Assembly: GCA_019828565.1 (NCBI GenBank)
Contig: JAHDYR010000005.1
Span: forward strand, 1,171,370 to 1,235,369
Length of the DNA: 64,000 bases
Source: Carpediemonas membranifera BICM
Lineage: Eukaryota > Protista > Fornicata
Direction of reading: 5' to 3'
The notes below the pieces were generated by a model, which worked only from the letters and a program-made list of their open reading frames with translations, ran no database searches and was not told the DNA's origin. The translations under genes and the position numbers were made by a program. Within the stretch, counting starts at the first letter, position 1; each line of letters begins with the position of its first letter. Positions 1 to 13,044 of the stretch are shown here, one piece after another.

Positions 1-900
1 GTAGCCTGCATCAGTTGAGAGTCTGCAGCCCACGTATGGCGCCATTGCCATTCTGCTCAGCCGGGCGGGCACAGGGTATTCGGCTATCTCCAAAGTAATC
101 TCCCCGATGCGATAGACCTTACCTCGTGCCCGAGCTGGATGGGCTTTTGGCACGCTCAAATCGGGATTCCCGCAGACCAGTGCTGTATCCAGGCGCGCGC
201 TCAAAGAGTTCGAGGGTTGACAGTTCGCATGCTTCGCTTTGCGCAGCGGATCGGCAGTAATCACCGATGGGATGCAGTCTATCCGGCACGCTTCGAAACG
301 CGGCGGCAGACCGCAGCAGGAGAAGCCTCAGAAGGTCGAGTAAGGACAAGCGCATCAGCCTGACCGATGAGCAGTTCAGGCACCGGTTGGCGTCCGGTCG
401 CCTTGGCACGACCACGCGGCGCCCAGCGATCTCGATCGTCCAGCCCGGAGATCCGAAGCTCTGCCGACCTGGTGCCGCCGATGCTCCGATGAGCTGGCTT
501 TACAACGGGCTCAAGGCCAGAATGATCGAGCTTCGCGATACTAAGAAGAAAGAGAGGCAAAGCGAGGGCTGACAAAGGGAGGCGGAGTTCGGCTCGCCGA
601 CTCACTTGAACAGAGATGCCAGAGAGGGCGAGAGACGTGCGACTGAGCGAGAGGCGGTGTCCGACGAGGCCAGCTACAAGAGCAGAGTGGATGCACTACG
701 AGGGTGCCGGCTCGCTGAGGAGAGCGCCTTTGGTGAGGAGGTGGACTTGTGCAAAGGTGCCGATGAGGAACCAAAGATCGACCACGACGAGCGTGGCGGG
801 AGATTGGCGGGCGACAGAAGATGGTGATAGGGGAGATTCAAAGAGAACGTGATTGATGAGGAGCGCTCAAGGAGGCAATACTGCCGACAGTATCGTCTTT
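1..900 (+). pseudogene. Frameshifted partial paralog of the recombinase-like gene at 38493-39887
   Basis: KDKRISLTDEQFRHRLASGRLGTTTRRP..WLYNGLKARMIEL aligns with KDKRISLTDEQFRRQLASSHLTTTRRP..WLYNKLRIRMVQL; also YGAIAILLSRAG/YNALALIISHTG and GLTVRMLRF/GLSVNQLRY; acidic tail. Confidence 0.75.
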
Positions 901-1149
901 TTCCTTCATCTGACATTGTAAAGAGGGAAAGGAGTTTATGATTGGAGCATGGCGCTGGTGTCCATGAAGCACCCATTCATATTGCCAGTCCTGTCTTGTG
1001 GCTCCACTGCTACTTCTCTCGTTGCGACGCACAGCTGGCTGTCGCAGAAATGCACTTTAAGACCAGATTTTCACACAGCTACCTGTGCGTGGTGTTCGAG
1101 GCTAGATAGCGACAAGCTGGAGCGACTTACTTCCATACCTGGTAATAGT

Positions 1150-1690
1150 AGACCAATATCTGCACGACTTTGAGACCTGGAAAGCTGCAGGTCGTGATCA
1201 AGGATTGATGAGGCATTGTGATATGGAGGTTCCCCACCCTGCTACGGCGCTCAAGGACAGTCCGCATGTCCTCCCTGTCGTCGATACAGGTTTTGTCGCC
1301 GTGATCAGCAACTTCATGCTGGCTCCTTTGGTCAACTGTGCCCCTTCGCTGACGTCTGCCAGGCTCACTCCAGCGTGCAGTTCCGCTATGTTCGCATCTG
1401 CTGCAGGCAGTATGCTACGCATGCATGACCACGGGGTTGTCCATTGCGATATTAAGCCAGACAGCTTCTCTTCAGCAGAGTCAGAAGGGATACCTCATTG
1501 ATTTTGGGTCTGCAATGGGGAAGCCGGCTAATGGCGACGACAGGTGGGCCATACAACTGAGATTTTGTATCCGAGTATCGCGGCGCCCATGGATATTTGC
1601 CCCCAGAGCTGTTCTACGAGTACCTTGTCTCGCGCTCAGTGATTCACTGCTGCACGCGACACCTCCAAGCTCGCGCGCATGACGGCAGGG
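1150..1690 (+). pseudogene. Protein kinase fragment (frameshifted)
   Basis: Catalytic loop HGVVHCDIKPD (ORF 1205-1501) followed by GYLIDFGSA in the next frame (ORF 1425-1682). Confidence 0.7.
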
Positions 1691-1826
1691 CTCTTTCCGT
1701 CACTTCTTATGTCGTGACGCCTGCATCCGGACATTTACTCTTGCGGTGTAGTCATTTTTGATGCTCTTTTACGGTCTCCCCCAGGTCCCCCTTTGCCGCC
1801 CGAAGGTGACTGACATGGGTGCAAAC

Positions 1827-2510
1827 ATGGCGCAGATCGACAACAAGAAGAAGAAGAAATGCTGAAGCTTGGTAGCTTGCTGAACTGGTGCCAATTCTAT
1901 GGTGGGCAGTTGCAGTTGTCACCTCAGGCACAGACACATTTCAAAGATTGCCTCGAGGTGTGTCAACGTGAACTCTGAGCTCGATTCGCGGCACCACGCC
2001 ACCTACTTGTCTCAGCCTGTACGACCTAGCGAAATGCAGATGCTCCACTTCGACCCTGCGAAGCGTCCACTGCTGCCGAATGTCTTGACGAAAGCTCAAG
2101 GTCATCATGCGCGTGCATGAATGCGTCGCCAAGCCGAGTCCGCTTCTGTTAGATGATACAGAAGAGGTCACCCTGTCTGCAGCTCAGCGAAAGAGACTGA
2201 CCGACTGCTGTCAGCGAGGGTTTGAGGGTCAAGTCTTCTATCGGCGCTGCATAGTGTGTGGTAGAGACCTTCATGGACGCGAGAACGTCAGCTGTGACAC
2301 ATGCCACAAGGGGATACAGGCAGGTGAGCACCAATAAGTGCGCAAAAGGTGTGCGCGGAAGACTGCACAGGCAGTTTATTGCGATGATTGAGCGGACGTA
2401 AAGAGATTGATACTTTCTGTGATGCAGGAATGAGATCAATGCTGCTGACGGGTCTCGAGATGGCAGAGGTGCTGGAGAAGAGAGAGCAGAAAAAGGCATC
2501 AGAAGTAAAA
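1827..2510 (+). CDS. Hypothetical CxxC zinc-binding protein, frameshifted
   Basis: RCIVCG..SCDTCH in ORF 2107-2337; weak resemblance to the HCIVCG gene at 45545-46283. Confidence 0.35.
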
Positions 2511-2867
2511 TGAACGAGGTAAATTCCAGTTCGCCGGAGATGATATCCTTCCTCGTACGCGGCATGTGTCTTGGGTCTTAAGTTCGCCATTTTAATCGTT
2601 GCGAGCATAAAATGCACACTTGTGCATTCGAGTACAATGACGAAATCCCTCAATATGCTACCAGCAGTGCATTTAATAACCAATATCAACGCCGAAACGC
2701 GTGTAGTTCGGAGCCATGTAGTTGTTTTGCGCTCGTTTGTCCCCCTATTACCGAAACTGGTGCTGTACTCTAGAAAAATCACTAACAACATCAACTCCTT
2801 TTCTCCGCAATGCAGATGAGAATGCCTATTCTCGCGATCTATAACTACCAATCATGTTTTCATTCTT

Positions 2868-5445
2868 TTACTCATACTTGCCACAGATGCACACATCCAG
2901 TGAGATCTCTCCTTCCTCATGGACATCGATGTCTAACCATTGCCCGTCAAACACGAGCCCTACCTGCCTCAACACCTTCTTCCATAGACCATCCCACTTG
3001 ACCTTCAAACAGAGGTAACAGTTTCTGACAGTCTCCCTCGTCCAATGTTCCAGTGCCCTCGCTCGAATACCGGATCCAGTGTTTGGCGTCCTTGCAGCAG
3101 CGATGAACGCGCATTGTCTTCAAGACGCGTATTTGGTGGGGAACGTCTGTTGACTGTCGCCCATACGAGACGACGCCACGGAGGAATCGGTAAAAACAAC
3201 TCGACCTGCTCCTTCAATATCGTTCTCTCAAGGACCATCTGGTTGCGCCTTAAGTGTACTCTACTTTCCTGATTGCCAATAAAGTCGCGCTCGAATGACT
3301 CCTCAATAATCCGGCCAAGTGGGACTCCGGATTTTTGACTGAATCTCCGGCAACACAGCAACTCGCGCTAAGCCATGAAGTGTGTCGATGGAGGGAGCCT
3401 TCTTTGGCTGCACCTTAGACGGCGGCCGGATTGGAATAGACTCCGACACGGTGCTGGTCGTGCTCAGACACATTGTCAGTGAAAAGAGGTGAACAAGCAA
3501 CGCTGTCAGTCGATGCCAGGTGATAATGTCATCTGTGGCCTCCTCGTGAGAGTAATAATGCTCTTGCAGGTAGGCAACGAGTCTGAAAAAGTGGCTGAAC
3601 GGGGGAGGGAATGCCATGTAGAGACCGTTTCCAATTGACGCGATCATCTTCCTCCCCTTCACTTGCTCATTACAGCCAGTCGTGCGACTGGGAGGTTCAA
3701 ACTTAGCCAGCCTGGCGAGGTCAGCGTTTCTGGCCTTCTTGGTCTTGATTTCCTCCGGGGTAGAGTCTGGGTCGACCTCAATTGGCTTGAACATCCGACA
3801 AATGTTGTGTATCAAGGAGACGAAGTCATGACTGAGGTGCATGATCGGCGGGACAAGGAAGATTTTTGCCCCTATCGAGAGTTGGGTCATCCGAGTTCTC
3901 GAATAGGCTGGGCATGATGCACTTATTCTTCTTGTTGTAGAACGACCCCCACTTCTTCTCTCTATCCAGGACTGTCTTGTCCTCAACAGACATCTTCTTC
4001 GCATACATCACGTCTGCAATCGTGTTTCGTGGGGGTGAGACCGAATGGGCTCCAGGCCTTGTTGTCAGCATGTACCGAGCTGAATGGAGAGGGATAGCTG
4101 CCGCCAATCAAGGTTCCACAGACTTTTGACATCGCTGGGTGGTCTGCGATGAACATAACACCCAGTGACACGGCACAGGAGACCGGTATTTCTCACCTCA
4201 AGTGACTCGCGATGGGTACTTCTCGACTGAGCGCTCGATGAAGTCGAAGAATTCTCCAATGCGCTTCTCTGGTCCGTTGTACTCGAGTATGCGGAAGGGT
4301 GGTGTTCCGCCTGACGGGAAGACTTTGCCGGAGACATCGATAAACCGAACCTTCACAGATGTAGTCAACCCTCGCCATCCATCGACCCAGACGAGAAGAT
4401 CAAGCGGCACTGTCTGAGTCTCTTCAGCTTGAGTCTGCGCTGTCAACTGCTTGCCCACGTTCTTACGAGCAGCCCTTGACCTCTCGAGATCGATAGGCGA
4501 AGCCACCGCCTGGCGATAGTACCGCATGAGGTCAAACTCAGCGTGTTGCACATGGGAATACCTGCCGCTAGACTGGAGACGCGGGTTGAGACCGGCTCTC
4601 TTCATCACGTCATTATGTGCAGTTCGCTTCATTGCCGATTCGTAGAAGATGCACACCGTCGTACCTCTGAGCACTTCAGTGTTATAGTCGTCGCCGTCGA
4701 GATGTAGCGTTGACTTGTTCGAGGTCTGCGTCGACGTGGGTAATCAGGTCGAGGTCATACTCGCGGTGATCCTTGTCCGTCCTCTTTGCTCGTGTCTCTT
4801 GAGTGATCGCCATGGGTATGTAGCCCTTTAGGGCCTTTTCAAGTTCCTATGCGACTTGACAATGGTCTCAACGTCTGCGATGTTCCGAATGCTGCACTGA
4901 AGCGACTTGACTTGGTTTTGTGACCCTGATTGATGTTGATAATGTCAAGGTTGAGTCTCTGTGCAAGGGCTTTGCATGATGTGAATCTCGTCATTGACTG
5001 CATTCACGCCGATCGTGATGGCCCTGAGCTCGTTGGACACCCTGCAGAAGACGTTCAGTGTCAGCAATACGCTTACGTAGACGAGCATTCTCTGCCTCGA
5101 GGCCGAAGCTATCAGAATGCAAGAACATATGCACCAACGTAAAAGGTGACTGGGACCAGAGCGGTGTGCCTTCTTCTCCTTTTGAGATGCTAGTGGATGA
5201 TGGCGCTGGGTAGAGATTGCTAGAAATAGCCTCACGCGATACAGCGCCGATATTGATTAGTTCCTGCGCGATGCGGGGCTAGCTCGAGCCTTTGCTGGTG
5301 TTTGGAGGTATCAAAATCCGTTAATACGGCGATCCACTGCGTCAATCGAGAGCCAGACGCTGCAAAGGATGGTATTGATGTCATCAGTGCCCTCCGGAGC
5401 ATAGATAGATCCGTTAGACAGTTTCCACTTCAGTTGAAGCGCCAT
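2868..5445 (-). CDS. CMC/EnSpm-like DDE transposase (about 860 aa, split by several frameshifts)
   Basis: Ordered motifs across adjacent ORFs: LLVWVDGW (D1), FIADHPAMSKVCG (D2, DxPA), VPPIMHL (H), LGRIIEESFER (E). The N-terminus is open in the duplicate at 16234. The C-terminus reads ..LDVCICGKYE* with stop at 2868. Confidence 0.7.
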
Positions 5446-5704
5446 CTGTCAGTCGCTCTTTCAAGAATTCTAAAGATCCTAAAAATGCGTGACTTCGAGA
5501 AGATCATCTAATGCCAGCCACGGAACTAGAGATGAAGCGTGGAAATGAAGGAACTACTCGGACACCCGAGAGACGAACTCTCAGAAACGCAAGCCGATGG
5601 TCCGGGTGGAATGACGCCGCAAAAGAGCGAATGCAGGTCGGCTCTCATGATTGGTATGCTCAAGGCATTCTTTTTGCATCACCGTTGATGTGTTTGGAAC
5701 GGAT

Positions 5705-6755
5705 ATGACTGGTCTATCTGTCCGTAAGGTGGCGAATGCCTACAATCACATCATCTCGGTGTACTTGCAGCCCCTGCCACCCCTGATCCGACATTCTTTG
5801 ATGGTATCAAGTCCCCTCACGGCTGTATCGCAGGGTAGGCTTGTCATTGGGCATGTTAAGGAGTGGGCAACCCAGTCTTGCCACTGCAACATCGGCATTT
5901 CTGATCAGGCTCCTTCGAGAGTGTTTCATAACCTTTCTCGGGCCCCCAACCCGGTGCGATCGGAGCTTCTGACCGCGATGAAGAAGATTTTTCACGAGAG
6001 TTGGCCTGGACGTCCCCCGGAATTTTTGATTCGCGTCCTCTGTCCCTTAATCTGGTGGACCTTTCGGCACCCGACATATTTACTGGTCGGACGAAGACGT
6101 TTTTCAAGACAGCAGAAATCCCCCATTCCGTGCCGCAAGTGAAGCAGGAGGTGAAGGTTGACCCCGTTCGACCCTCTGGAGTCTATCTCTAAGCGTAACG
6201 TCATGCTACTCGATGACGTCCATCGCATGACACAGCGCATGTCGGAAGATCTCTCTCAGCTCAAAGAACGGCCGGTAACCGCTGATTCAGACTCTGACGA
6301 TGATGGAGAGAACCTCCTTGACTTGCAGAAGAGGATGCTTGCCTTCTGTTGCGGCCATTGCCACAGCTTGGACTGGGTTGGCAATCTCAACACGTCAAAG
6401 TTTGTCTCATGTGGAGAGTGCGGCAGGAACTTTCATGACAATTCCGTTTGCGTGCCTGCTCGTCCGGAGAAATGTTCAAAGACTGCCAACTGGACGAAAG
6501 AAGCCAACAGAAAGAAGTCCTCGTGGAAGTTCACATGCCAGGCTTGTGTCCAGGAGAAGACTTGTTTCGCATGCCAGAAGAACGCCTCGGTATATCATTG
6601 TCGGATGTGTGGGCACTGGTTCTGTGGTAACAAAGGGCTGTATGGGCACCACTGCCGTGAAGGTCGTCATTGACGGCGTGAATATTCCCAAGATCCGTCT
6701 TTGTGACGATTGCCTTGAGAACTTCAAGTCGGTGGTTCAACAGTCGGAGCAGTAA
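5705..6755 (+). CDS. PHD-finger plus FYVE-like zinc-finger protein (frameshifted in this copy)
   Basis: CGHC..CGECGRNFH..VC..WKFTCQAC (PHD C4HC3 pattern), then CFAC..HCRMCGHWFC..C..RLCDDC (FYVE-like). The fingers are in one frame in the copy at 14931-15683. Confidence 0.7.
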
Positions 6756-7615
6756 AGATACAATTGAATCTTTTTCAAACATATTTTTCATGAAGATAGA
6801 TCCAATGAAACTATGTACCATGAGCCCGATTGCTCAGTGATTATGTGATAATCCTGTGTGACCCAGGACAGCGTGCTCCTGGAATCAACAGGGCACAAAA
6901 CACCCTGCGTATTCCGGTAGCACACCGTTCTGACTCATACGTCCGTCTCTGGTTTGTCGTATACAGGTCTATTTACGTGTTTGGCGATGGCGCTCCTTAA
7001 ATCTGCTTGAACGGCGTGTCGTGGCTGTCAGTATGCTGCAAATGTCGCAGCGAGAAAGGAGTCACCAATCGCGTTCAGCTTTTCTTGTTTCTCGCCCTGA
7101 TACTGCTCGTAATATCGTTCAAGCGTGAATCTATGAAGTAATGGGACTGAATGGCCTCTATTGCGTCAATTTCTTTGCGTAATCGTTGTTGAATGGCCTA
7201 GAATAGATGTTGCAGCTGCTTCCAGCTCCTGTTGCATGCTAAATGCTGTGTTTTGGACAATTGGTCGTGTTCAGGCAGATTTTTTCGTGCAAAGTGCAGG
7301 CTAATACGCGCCCTTAAACTGTGGGATCAGCCGCTGGGTAAATATACTGAGAAAAAACCATATAGCTGAGTTCACTGTCTTGTGCTGAATACGGTGGCGC
7401 CATTTATTTCTCTGAATCGCTAAGTTTTGTCAGCGTTGACCGCGCACGACCGGTCGTCCTTACGCGATGACACCCAGCCCATCTTGTAGGTCGGGTGGCC
7501 ATACCTCGCGGCCTTGCTTGCTTTTCTTTGACGAGCAATATTCCCTGAGTAATAGCCTCTCCTTTTCTTCAATTCGACTCTAGCCAAGTCAAAAACAAGA
7601 AATCGACCATATCTC

Positions 7616-7719
7616 AAAATCTAACAGGTAGATTCACTCTGAAAGTGATTATGCGCATATGTACCTCCTTTCAACTACTCACATAATCACTATCGTAGTG
7701 AATCTACCTGTTAGATTTT
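7616..7719. repeat. 104-bp hairpin (23-bp perfect arms plus 10-bp inner stem)
   Basis: AAAATCTAACAGGTAGATTCACT / AGTGAATCTACCTGTTAGATTTT; inner AGTGATTATG / CATAATCACT; duplicated at 13968-14071. Confidence 0.9.
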
Positions 7720-7984
7720 CTGTTATTGTCCATTTTATCGTTTCGTCTTAACCTGCACGGCGAAATGCTCAAACCAGGCAAGGAGTCAGAGCCAGAGCTT
7801 CTTTCCATGCTCTAAGTACATCATATGGACTCTCAAGAAGACCTTCGTTTATCTCTAAATAGCTTAAATTTAATGAATACTTCATTTCTGAGCAAGAAAT
7901 TGTAGATTATCTAGCGTTTTGAGGTCGAAGATAATCTAGGGTTTAGCAAAGATAATCTAGGGATGTTGACAGCATGAACTGTCC

Positions 7985-8310
7985 AGGGAGCCTGGGGGTC
8001 TGTCCTCGGTGCTTCCACAGGCAGGTTCGTCCTGCAAGGCCTCTGCTATAGCGTCCTCTGTTTCCCTGCTGTCTCTGCATCGTCGTTCAACTACGGCACC
8101 TTCTCATCTTGCTAGTTGCCTCTGATCCGTGCCCCCTGCGGCCCTGTTAAGTGACCAACCCGAAGGCGGGGAAAGTCGCCGAGTCTCTGAAGTCTGCCCC
8201 GGTAATGCGCCCCCTCCTAAGTATCCCTGCCCGAAGGTAAGGATGGTCACCAGGGTAACCCATAGTTGGCCCGCCACGGGTAACCGGAGCCGGCTCGAAG
8301 GCCCCGTGAC
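7985..8310 (-). mobile_element. LINE 3'-UTR fragment (duplicate of about 18060-18385)
   Basis: Shares the CCCCGCCTTCGGG..TAACAGGG..GGGGGCA..GGTGCC motif with the 3' UTR of the LINE at 21217-29818. Right boundary approximate. Confidence 0.6.
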
Positions 8311-8683
8311 GGGACAAGGGACAGAGAAAAATCAGGGAATTGATCGAGATAGGCTCATAACGGGACTCAGAACAATCTTGGATGGCCCCAGGCATGCAAG
8401 GATGTGAAACAACATCGAGAGGGAAATAGGGACGGATGGCCAACAAACAACACCTACAGGGAAGCCAGGGTCGCAGCTTGGAGACAGGGGAGCCTCAGTA
8501 AGAGCACCTGGGATCCGAAACCAATAGTGGGAGGCAACAGGCAGAAGCAAAGGCAGGGACAAGATTGGAAGACCAGAGCACTAAGATAATAACCAAACCA
8601 AACCAGTAGCAGAGACCAGGGAACATGATTGCAGCAGATAGGGGCAGGGATTCAGAGGCACAGGGGCGCAGGTGTAGGGACAC

Positions 8684-11600
8684 TGTCGGTTGAAATCATT
8701 TACAGTAAACCGCAGCGGGGTAAAAGTGGTCAAAACTGGACGGAGCAGTTTATAGACCGGTGACACTACCTCCCTTTTTGATGAGAAAACCCCCAACCTG
8801 CAAGGAACGGGGGAAAAAGATGGTTAGTAGAGTTTCAGGTTCTTCCTCGCCTTACGGGCCAACCTCTTCATCTCCTCGAGGTGTTTCACTCCCGAGAGTG
8901 GTTCTTCCGTTATGTTTTCGAATCCTACCCACTTGATGGCGGCTGTCCCTTCTTTCCAGTCTACCGATACTACTCGCTCTACCTCCCATTTTTTTCTGGT
9001 CGAAGCTTGCAAGTTGAAGCATCATCGTGTCCGTTACGGCATCCGTGTCGAACATCATGAGTTTTTCAATGTGGGTTGATCTGGTCGATCCGTCGAGTAT
9101 CGACTGCAGGACTATTCTGTTATTATCAAGTACATCGTGTACCTTCCATGGGCCCCCTGTTGCGCGCGTCTAGCTTCTGAGGGGCCTCATCTTTCTCCAG
9201 AGGACGTAGTCACCCGGCTTCAGTTCGGTGTTGACTATTGTCTTTTGGCCCGGGCCCACATTCTCTCTGGCAGTGGTCTCCAGGGCGTTAAGGGCCAGCT
9301 CCAGGTCCTTTTTGAACTCTGGGAAATCTCTGATCGGAGAGTTGTTGTCGTTCGTCCACCAGCTTGTAAACATGTTGTGCTCATGGCCAAATATCAGCTC
9401 GTGCGGGGAGAACTTCGTGGCCGTATGTGTCGTGCCGTTGATAATCATCTGGACCGTCGGTAGGAGTCCGCACCACTGGTCTTTGTAGGCTATTGCCAGG
9501 ACAAGCCACCGTAGGTGTCTTCCAATCTCCGCATTCCTTCTCTCCACGAGACCATTGCTCTGTGGATGAAACGGGATGGTGAAGTGGTGTGCGACTTTCA
9601 ATGACGTTGTGAGTTGTTCAACTATCGAGTTCGCGTACTCCGGGCCGCCGTCGGACAGAATCTCCGCCGGTATCCCGTGTCGCGTGAAAACGTGGTCCCA
9701 TAGGGCCCTGGCGGAGGTCTCGGCGTCGATCGATGCGACTGCGACGAGCTCGGTGTATCTTGTAAACATGTCCACAGCCACAATGATGTAGCGAGCGCCC
9801 AGCGAATCCGTTGGGAGAGGGCCAATTGTGTCGACTGCCACTGTCTCCCATGGTCTGGTGCGTCTTGTCTGGCCCTTTTGGGCGATAAAGTAGTCCTTGA
9901 TGCGAGTCTTCAGACAAATGGGGCACGTCTTGATGTGCTTTTTGACGTCCAAGAGCATCCCCGGCCAAAATGCAGACGTAGCGAGTGCTTGGAACGTTGA
10001 ATTTGCTCCCGTATGAAATTGGTGAGCGGTCCGTAGGGCCTTGTCGCGTGTCTCTCCCTTGGGGATAATCGGCACTCCGTCCTTGAAGTAGATCGAGTTT
10101 TCGATGGATACTCCCTCTAGTTTCTCCCAGCCGACTCGAGTTGACTCAGGTGCCATGGCCTGGGCAGCCTGGATCAACTCAAGGGTCAGCCCTGGGCCGG
10201 CGTCCTCCGCCTCTAGCAGGTTCAGCTGCGGCCCGAGGTCCCCTCGGGGAAGGATACGCGACAGCATGTCTGCCATCTTGTTTGTCTCTCCAGCAATATG
10301 CTCGATCGTAATGTTGTAGTCCGACAAGACAGACGTCCACCGGAGGAGTTTCTTGGAAAGCTCCTTCCTCTGCATGAGATATACCAGATTCTGGTGGTCG
10401 GTGCGGATCTGTATGTTGTCCTTGAGGCGGAAAAGTTGAGCCATGTCAGGTCTCGTGAGACAAAAAGATGATAGCATGAAGCTCTTGTTCGTAGGTCGGC
10501 CACCTAGTCTGGGTTGGCGTATGACACTTTGCGAAGAGCGAGACGATCTCTCGGTTGCCGGAGTCGTCTTCTTGGAACAGAATGCCCCCTAGTCCGTCGT
10601 TCGACGCGTCCGTCTCGAGGGTCCACTTCTTTGAGAAGTCGGGGAAATGGAGGACTGTGTCTGAGCTGAGTCTCTCCTTGAACGTTGTAAACGCCTCTTC
10701 TTGTTTGGGGTTCCAAGTTATGTTCTTTTGAGTTCTCCTGTGCCGTTAGCATCTCGTTGAGAGGTTTGAGGATTCGTGATGAGTCCGGGACGAACTGGGC
10801 GACATAGTTGAATGATCCCAGTGTCCTCTGAAGCTCCTTTGCGGTGGACGGGAGCGGTATGGCGTTTACCGCCTCTACCTTCTCTGGGGCAAGTTGTTTC
10901 CCCTTCTCCGAGACAATATACCCGACGGCCTCGACGTGGGCTGAGCCTATCGTGCACTTCGGGCCTTTAAGGCGCAGTGAATAATGTCTACAGATCCTGA
11001 AGACGGTTTTGATCAGGGTGAGAAACTGGGCCTCGGTCTTGGCGTAAATCAAGATGTCGTCAAGATAGATGTCCACCCCCTTTGTGGAGGACCTCGGCGA
11101 ACGCCTTCTGCATGGCGCGTTGGAATCTCGCCGGGGCGTTCATCAGGCCGAATGGACATCTGGTGAACTCGCAGTATGCGTCTGGAGTGACAAAAGCGGT
11201 TTTGGGGATATCTTCCTCGTGCATCCGCATCTGGTAGTAGCCTTGTCTGAGGTCTAGGCCTGCAAAGTATTTACAGCCTGATGCTCGGTCTACAAACTCG
11301 CGCGTGTTAGGCAGGGGAAGTTATCCCTCACTGTCTTGAGTTTAACTCCTTGTAGTCAATGCAAAGACGGATCTTGGTCGATCCTTTGTGGCCCTGCCTG
11401 ACTACTACGATCGGCGAGCTGTACGGCCCAGTCGAGTCCTGGATTATCCCGTCTCGCCTGAGTTGTTCTAGCTCTGTCGACACCAGGCCTTGGGTCACTG
11501 GGTCGAGTCTGCGAGCGCGGCATTGTACAATTGCCCGCTCGTCTATCAGTTCAATCGACATGGGTTCCAGTCGAGACCCTTCCTTGGGTAGTTCTTCCTC

Positions 11601-13044
11601 GAAGATATCGTCAAATGAGTTGATTATCTCGAGAATCTCGGGTCGGATCTTCGACTCCGGGACGTGGACACCACAGTAGTCGTCGGTTATCGCCATGTTT
11701 GCGTCCTCCGTGAGATATTCATGGTAGAACGGCAGCCAGTCCTCGTCCTCCCTCAATTGAGGAGAGCTTGTGCAGGTTAAGGTTGAGTGTGCCATCGCCA
11801 ATGAGTGCGAGTGACCTCAGCAAGTCACACCCGATGAGAACCTTGAAGAACTCACCGGGGAGTACGTAGTACTTCCATGTAACCTCCAACGGTGTGACAC
11901 CTAGTGCTGGGAATGCTGCCTTAAATGTGACTGCTTGATCTGTCACGAGGGAGCGTCCGTCTCCTAGCGTGACCTTGATCTTTTCCTCGAGAGAGGTCTG
12001 CACTGTGTCCTTGGGTAGGGTACGTAGTGCCTTCGAACTAATGAAGCTTCGGCTTGCACCAGTGTCTACAACGAACGAGTAAGTTTTGCCTTTTACAGTA
12101 GCGGGGGTCGTCAGTGGACCCTTCCCGCCCTTCTCGTTAGTCGACGCGCTGTCGGCGTTGTTGTTCTCGCTGTAGCGGGGTGCTTATCGCATCTGAAGTC
12201 CATGTGGGGACCGCCACAGAAACGACAGGGGCGCGACGGCTTCTTGGGTCCGTCGGCCGGCGGGCGCTTGGCCGCGTCCGGGCGGTACTGGGCCTTCCTG
12301 GCCTGGGCCGGGGCCTTGGGTCCGCCGGCCGGGGTTTGCGAGAGGGGTTGATCATGGTCATACGCCCTAGCAGCCCTAAGAGCCACCGCTACGGTGTCCT
12401 CGAAGGTCTTGACGTTGTGGAGAGCAAGCAAGGTCTGTGCCTTCTTGCGGAATGCTGTCGGGTTCAGGGACTCCCTGAAGAGCCGTGCAGCCAGCTTATC
12501 AAAGCTTGCGAGCAGTTCGTCGGCATTGGGGTTGTCGTCGATGGGTTCCAAGAACCCTTCTGGGTCTGGCGTCTTGGAGTAGAGCTCGATGCGCTTGCGG
12601 AATGCTGCCGCTTGTAGTCTCGTGCCAGCTTCGAAGTTGCGTGCGGTGCTCGGCACCATGGGGAAACGAAGGTCTTGGAGCTCTTCGACGAGTGCTAAGA
12701 TGGAGTGGGGAAGGAGCCGCTGGCGACACCATTCGGTGAAGTTCTTGAGAGTGTAGTTCTTGTCGGATGTGTCTATGCCTTCGGCCTTGAGTTCGAGGGC
12801 AAATGACTCCTCAATGAGGACGGACAGTGGGATGCTTGGGTTTTGTATAGTAAAAATCGTTGCTCGGCGCTCAAACTCCTCAAGAGTCTCTAGTGTTAGA
12901 TTTGAAGGAGAAAGCTCAGGAATTTGAACAGTTAACGACATCAGCACAGCTAATACTAGTATTGTCGGTTGAAATCATTTACAGTAAACCGCAGCGGGGT
13001 AAAAGTGGTCAAAACTGGACGGAGCAGTTTATAGACCGGTGACA
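8684..13044 (-). mobile_element. Ty3/gypsy chromovirus-like LTR retrotransposon, family G1, full length
   Basis: 82-bp TG..CA LTRs at 8684-8765 and 12963-13044; 4-bp TSD ACAC; PPT AAAAAGGGAGGTAG; gag-PR-RT-RH-IN-chromo order. Confidence 0.95.
8824..12947 (-). CDS. G1 Gag-Pol polyprotein (multiple frameshifts)
   Basis: CCHC knuckle CRFCGGPHMDFRC, protease VVDTGAS, RT YLDD, RNase H TDH/ADMLSR, integrase HHCC plus D-D-E (VDTIG, SDGG, VERRN), chromodomain WEVERV..IKWVGF..TEEP. Confidence 0.9.

Larger units (their letters stand above)
1..7976. mobile_element. Large CMC (EnSpm/CACTA-like) DNA transposon, right part only; terminus at 7976
   Basis: The terminus reads CATGCTGTCAA on the minus strand from 7976, matching the TIR start CATGCAGTCAA of the 33802-46789 element at 10/11. 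Subterminal CTAGATTATCT repeats are present. It contains a transposase and paralogs of genes in the 13-kb element. The left end is outside the window, so inclusion of 1-2800 is inferred. Confidence 0.65.

Noticed and set aside
2868-6755. ProtoRAG (RAG1/RAG2) transposon
   Set aside because: Genes are divergent, no kelch repeats or RSS-like CACAGTG termini; motifs fit CMC better.
7616-7719. Resemblance to a Cas12a-type repeat
   Set aside because: Two inverted arms, not direct repeats with spacers; no nuclease gene nearby.
8824-12947. Programmed ribosomal frameshifts in gag-pol genes
   Set aside because: Frameshifts are numerous, fall inside domains, and one is absent from the duplicate copy, which suggests indel errors or decay.
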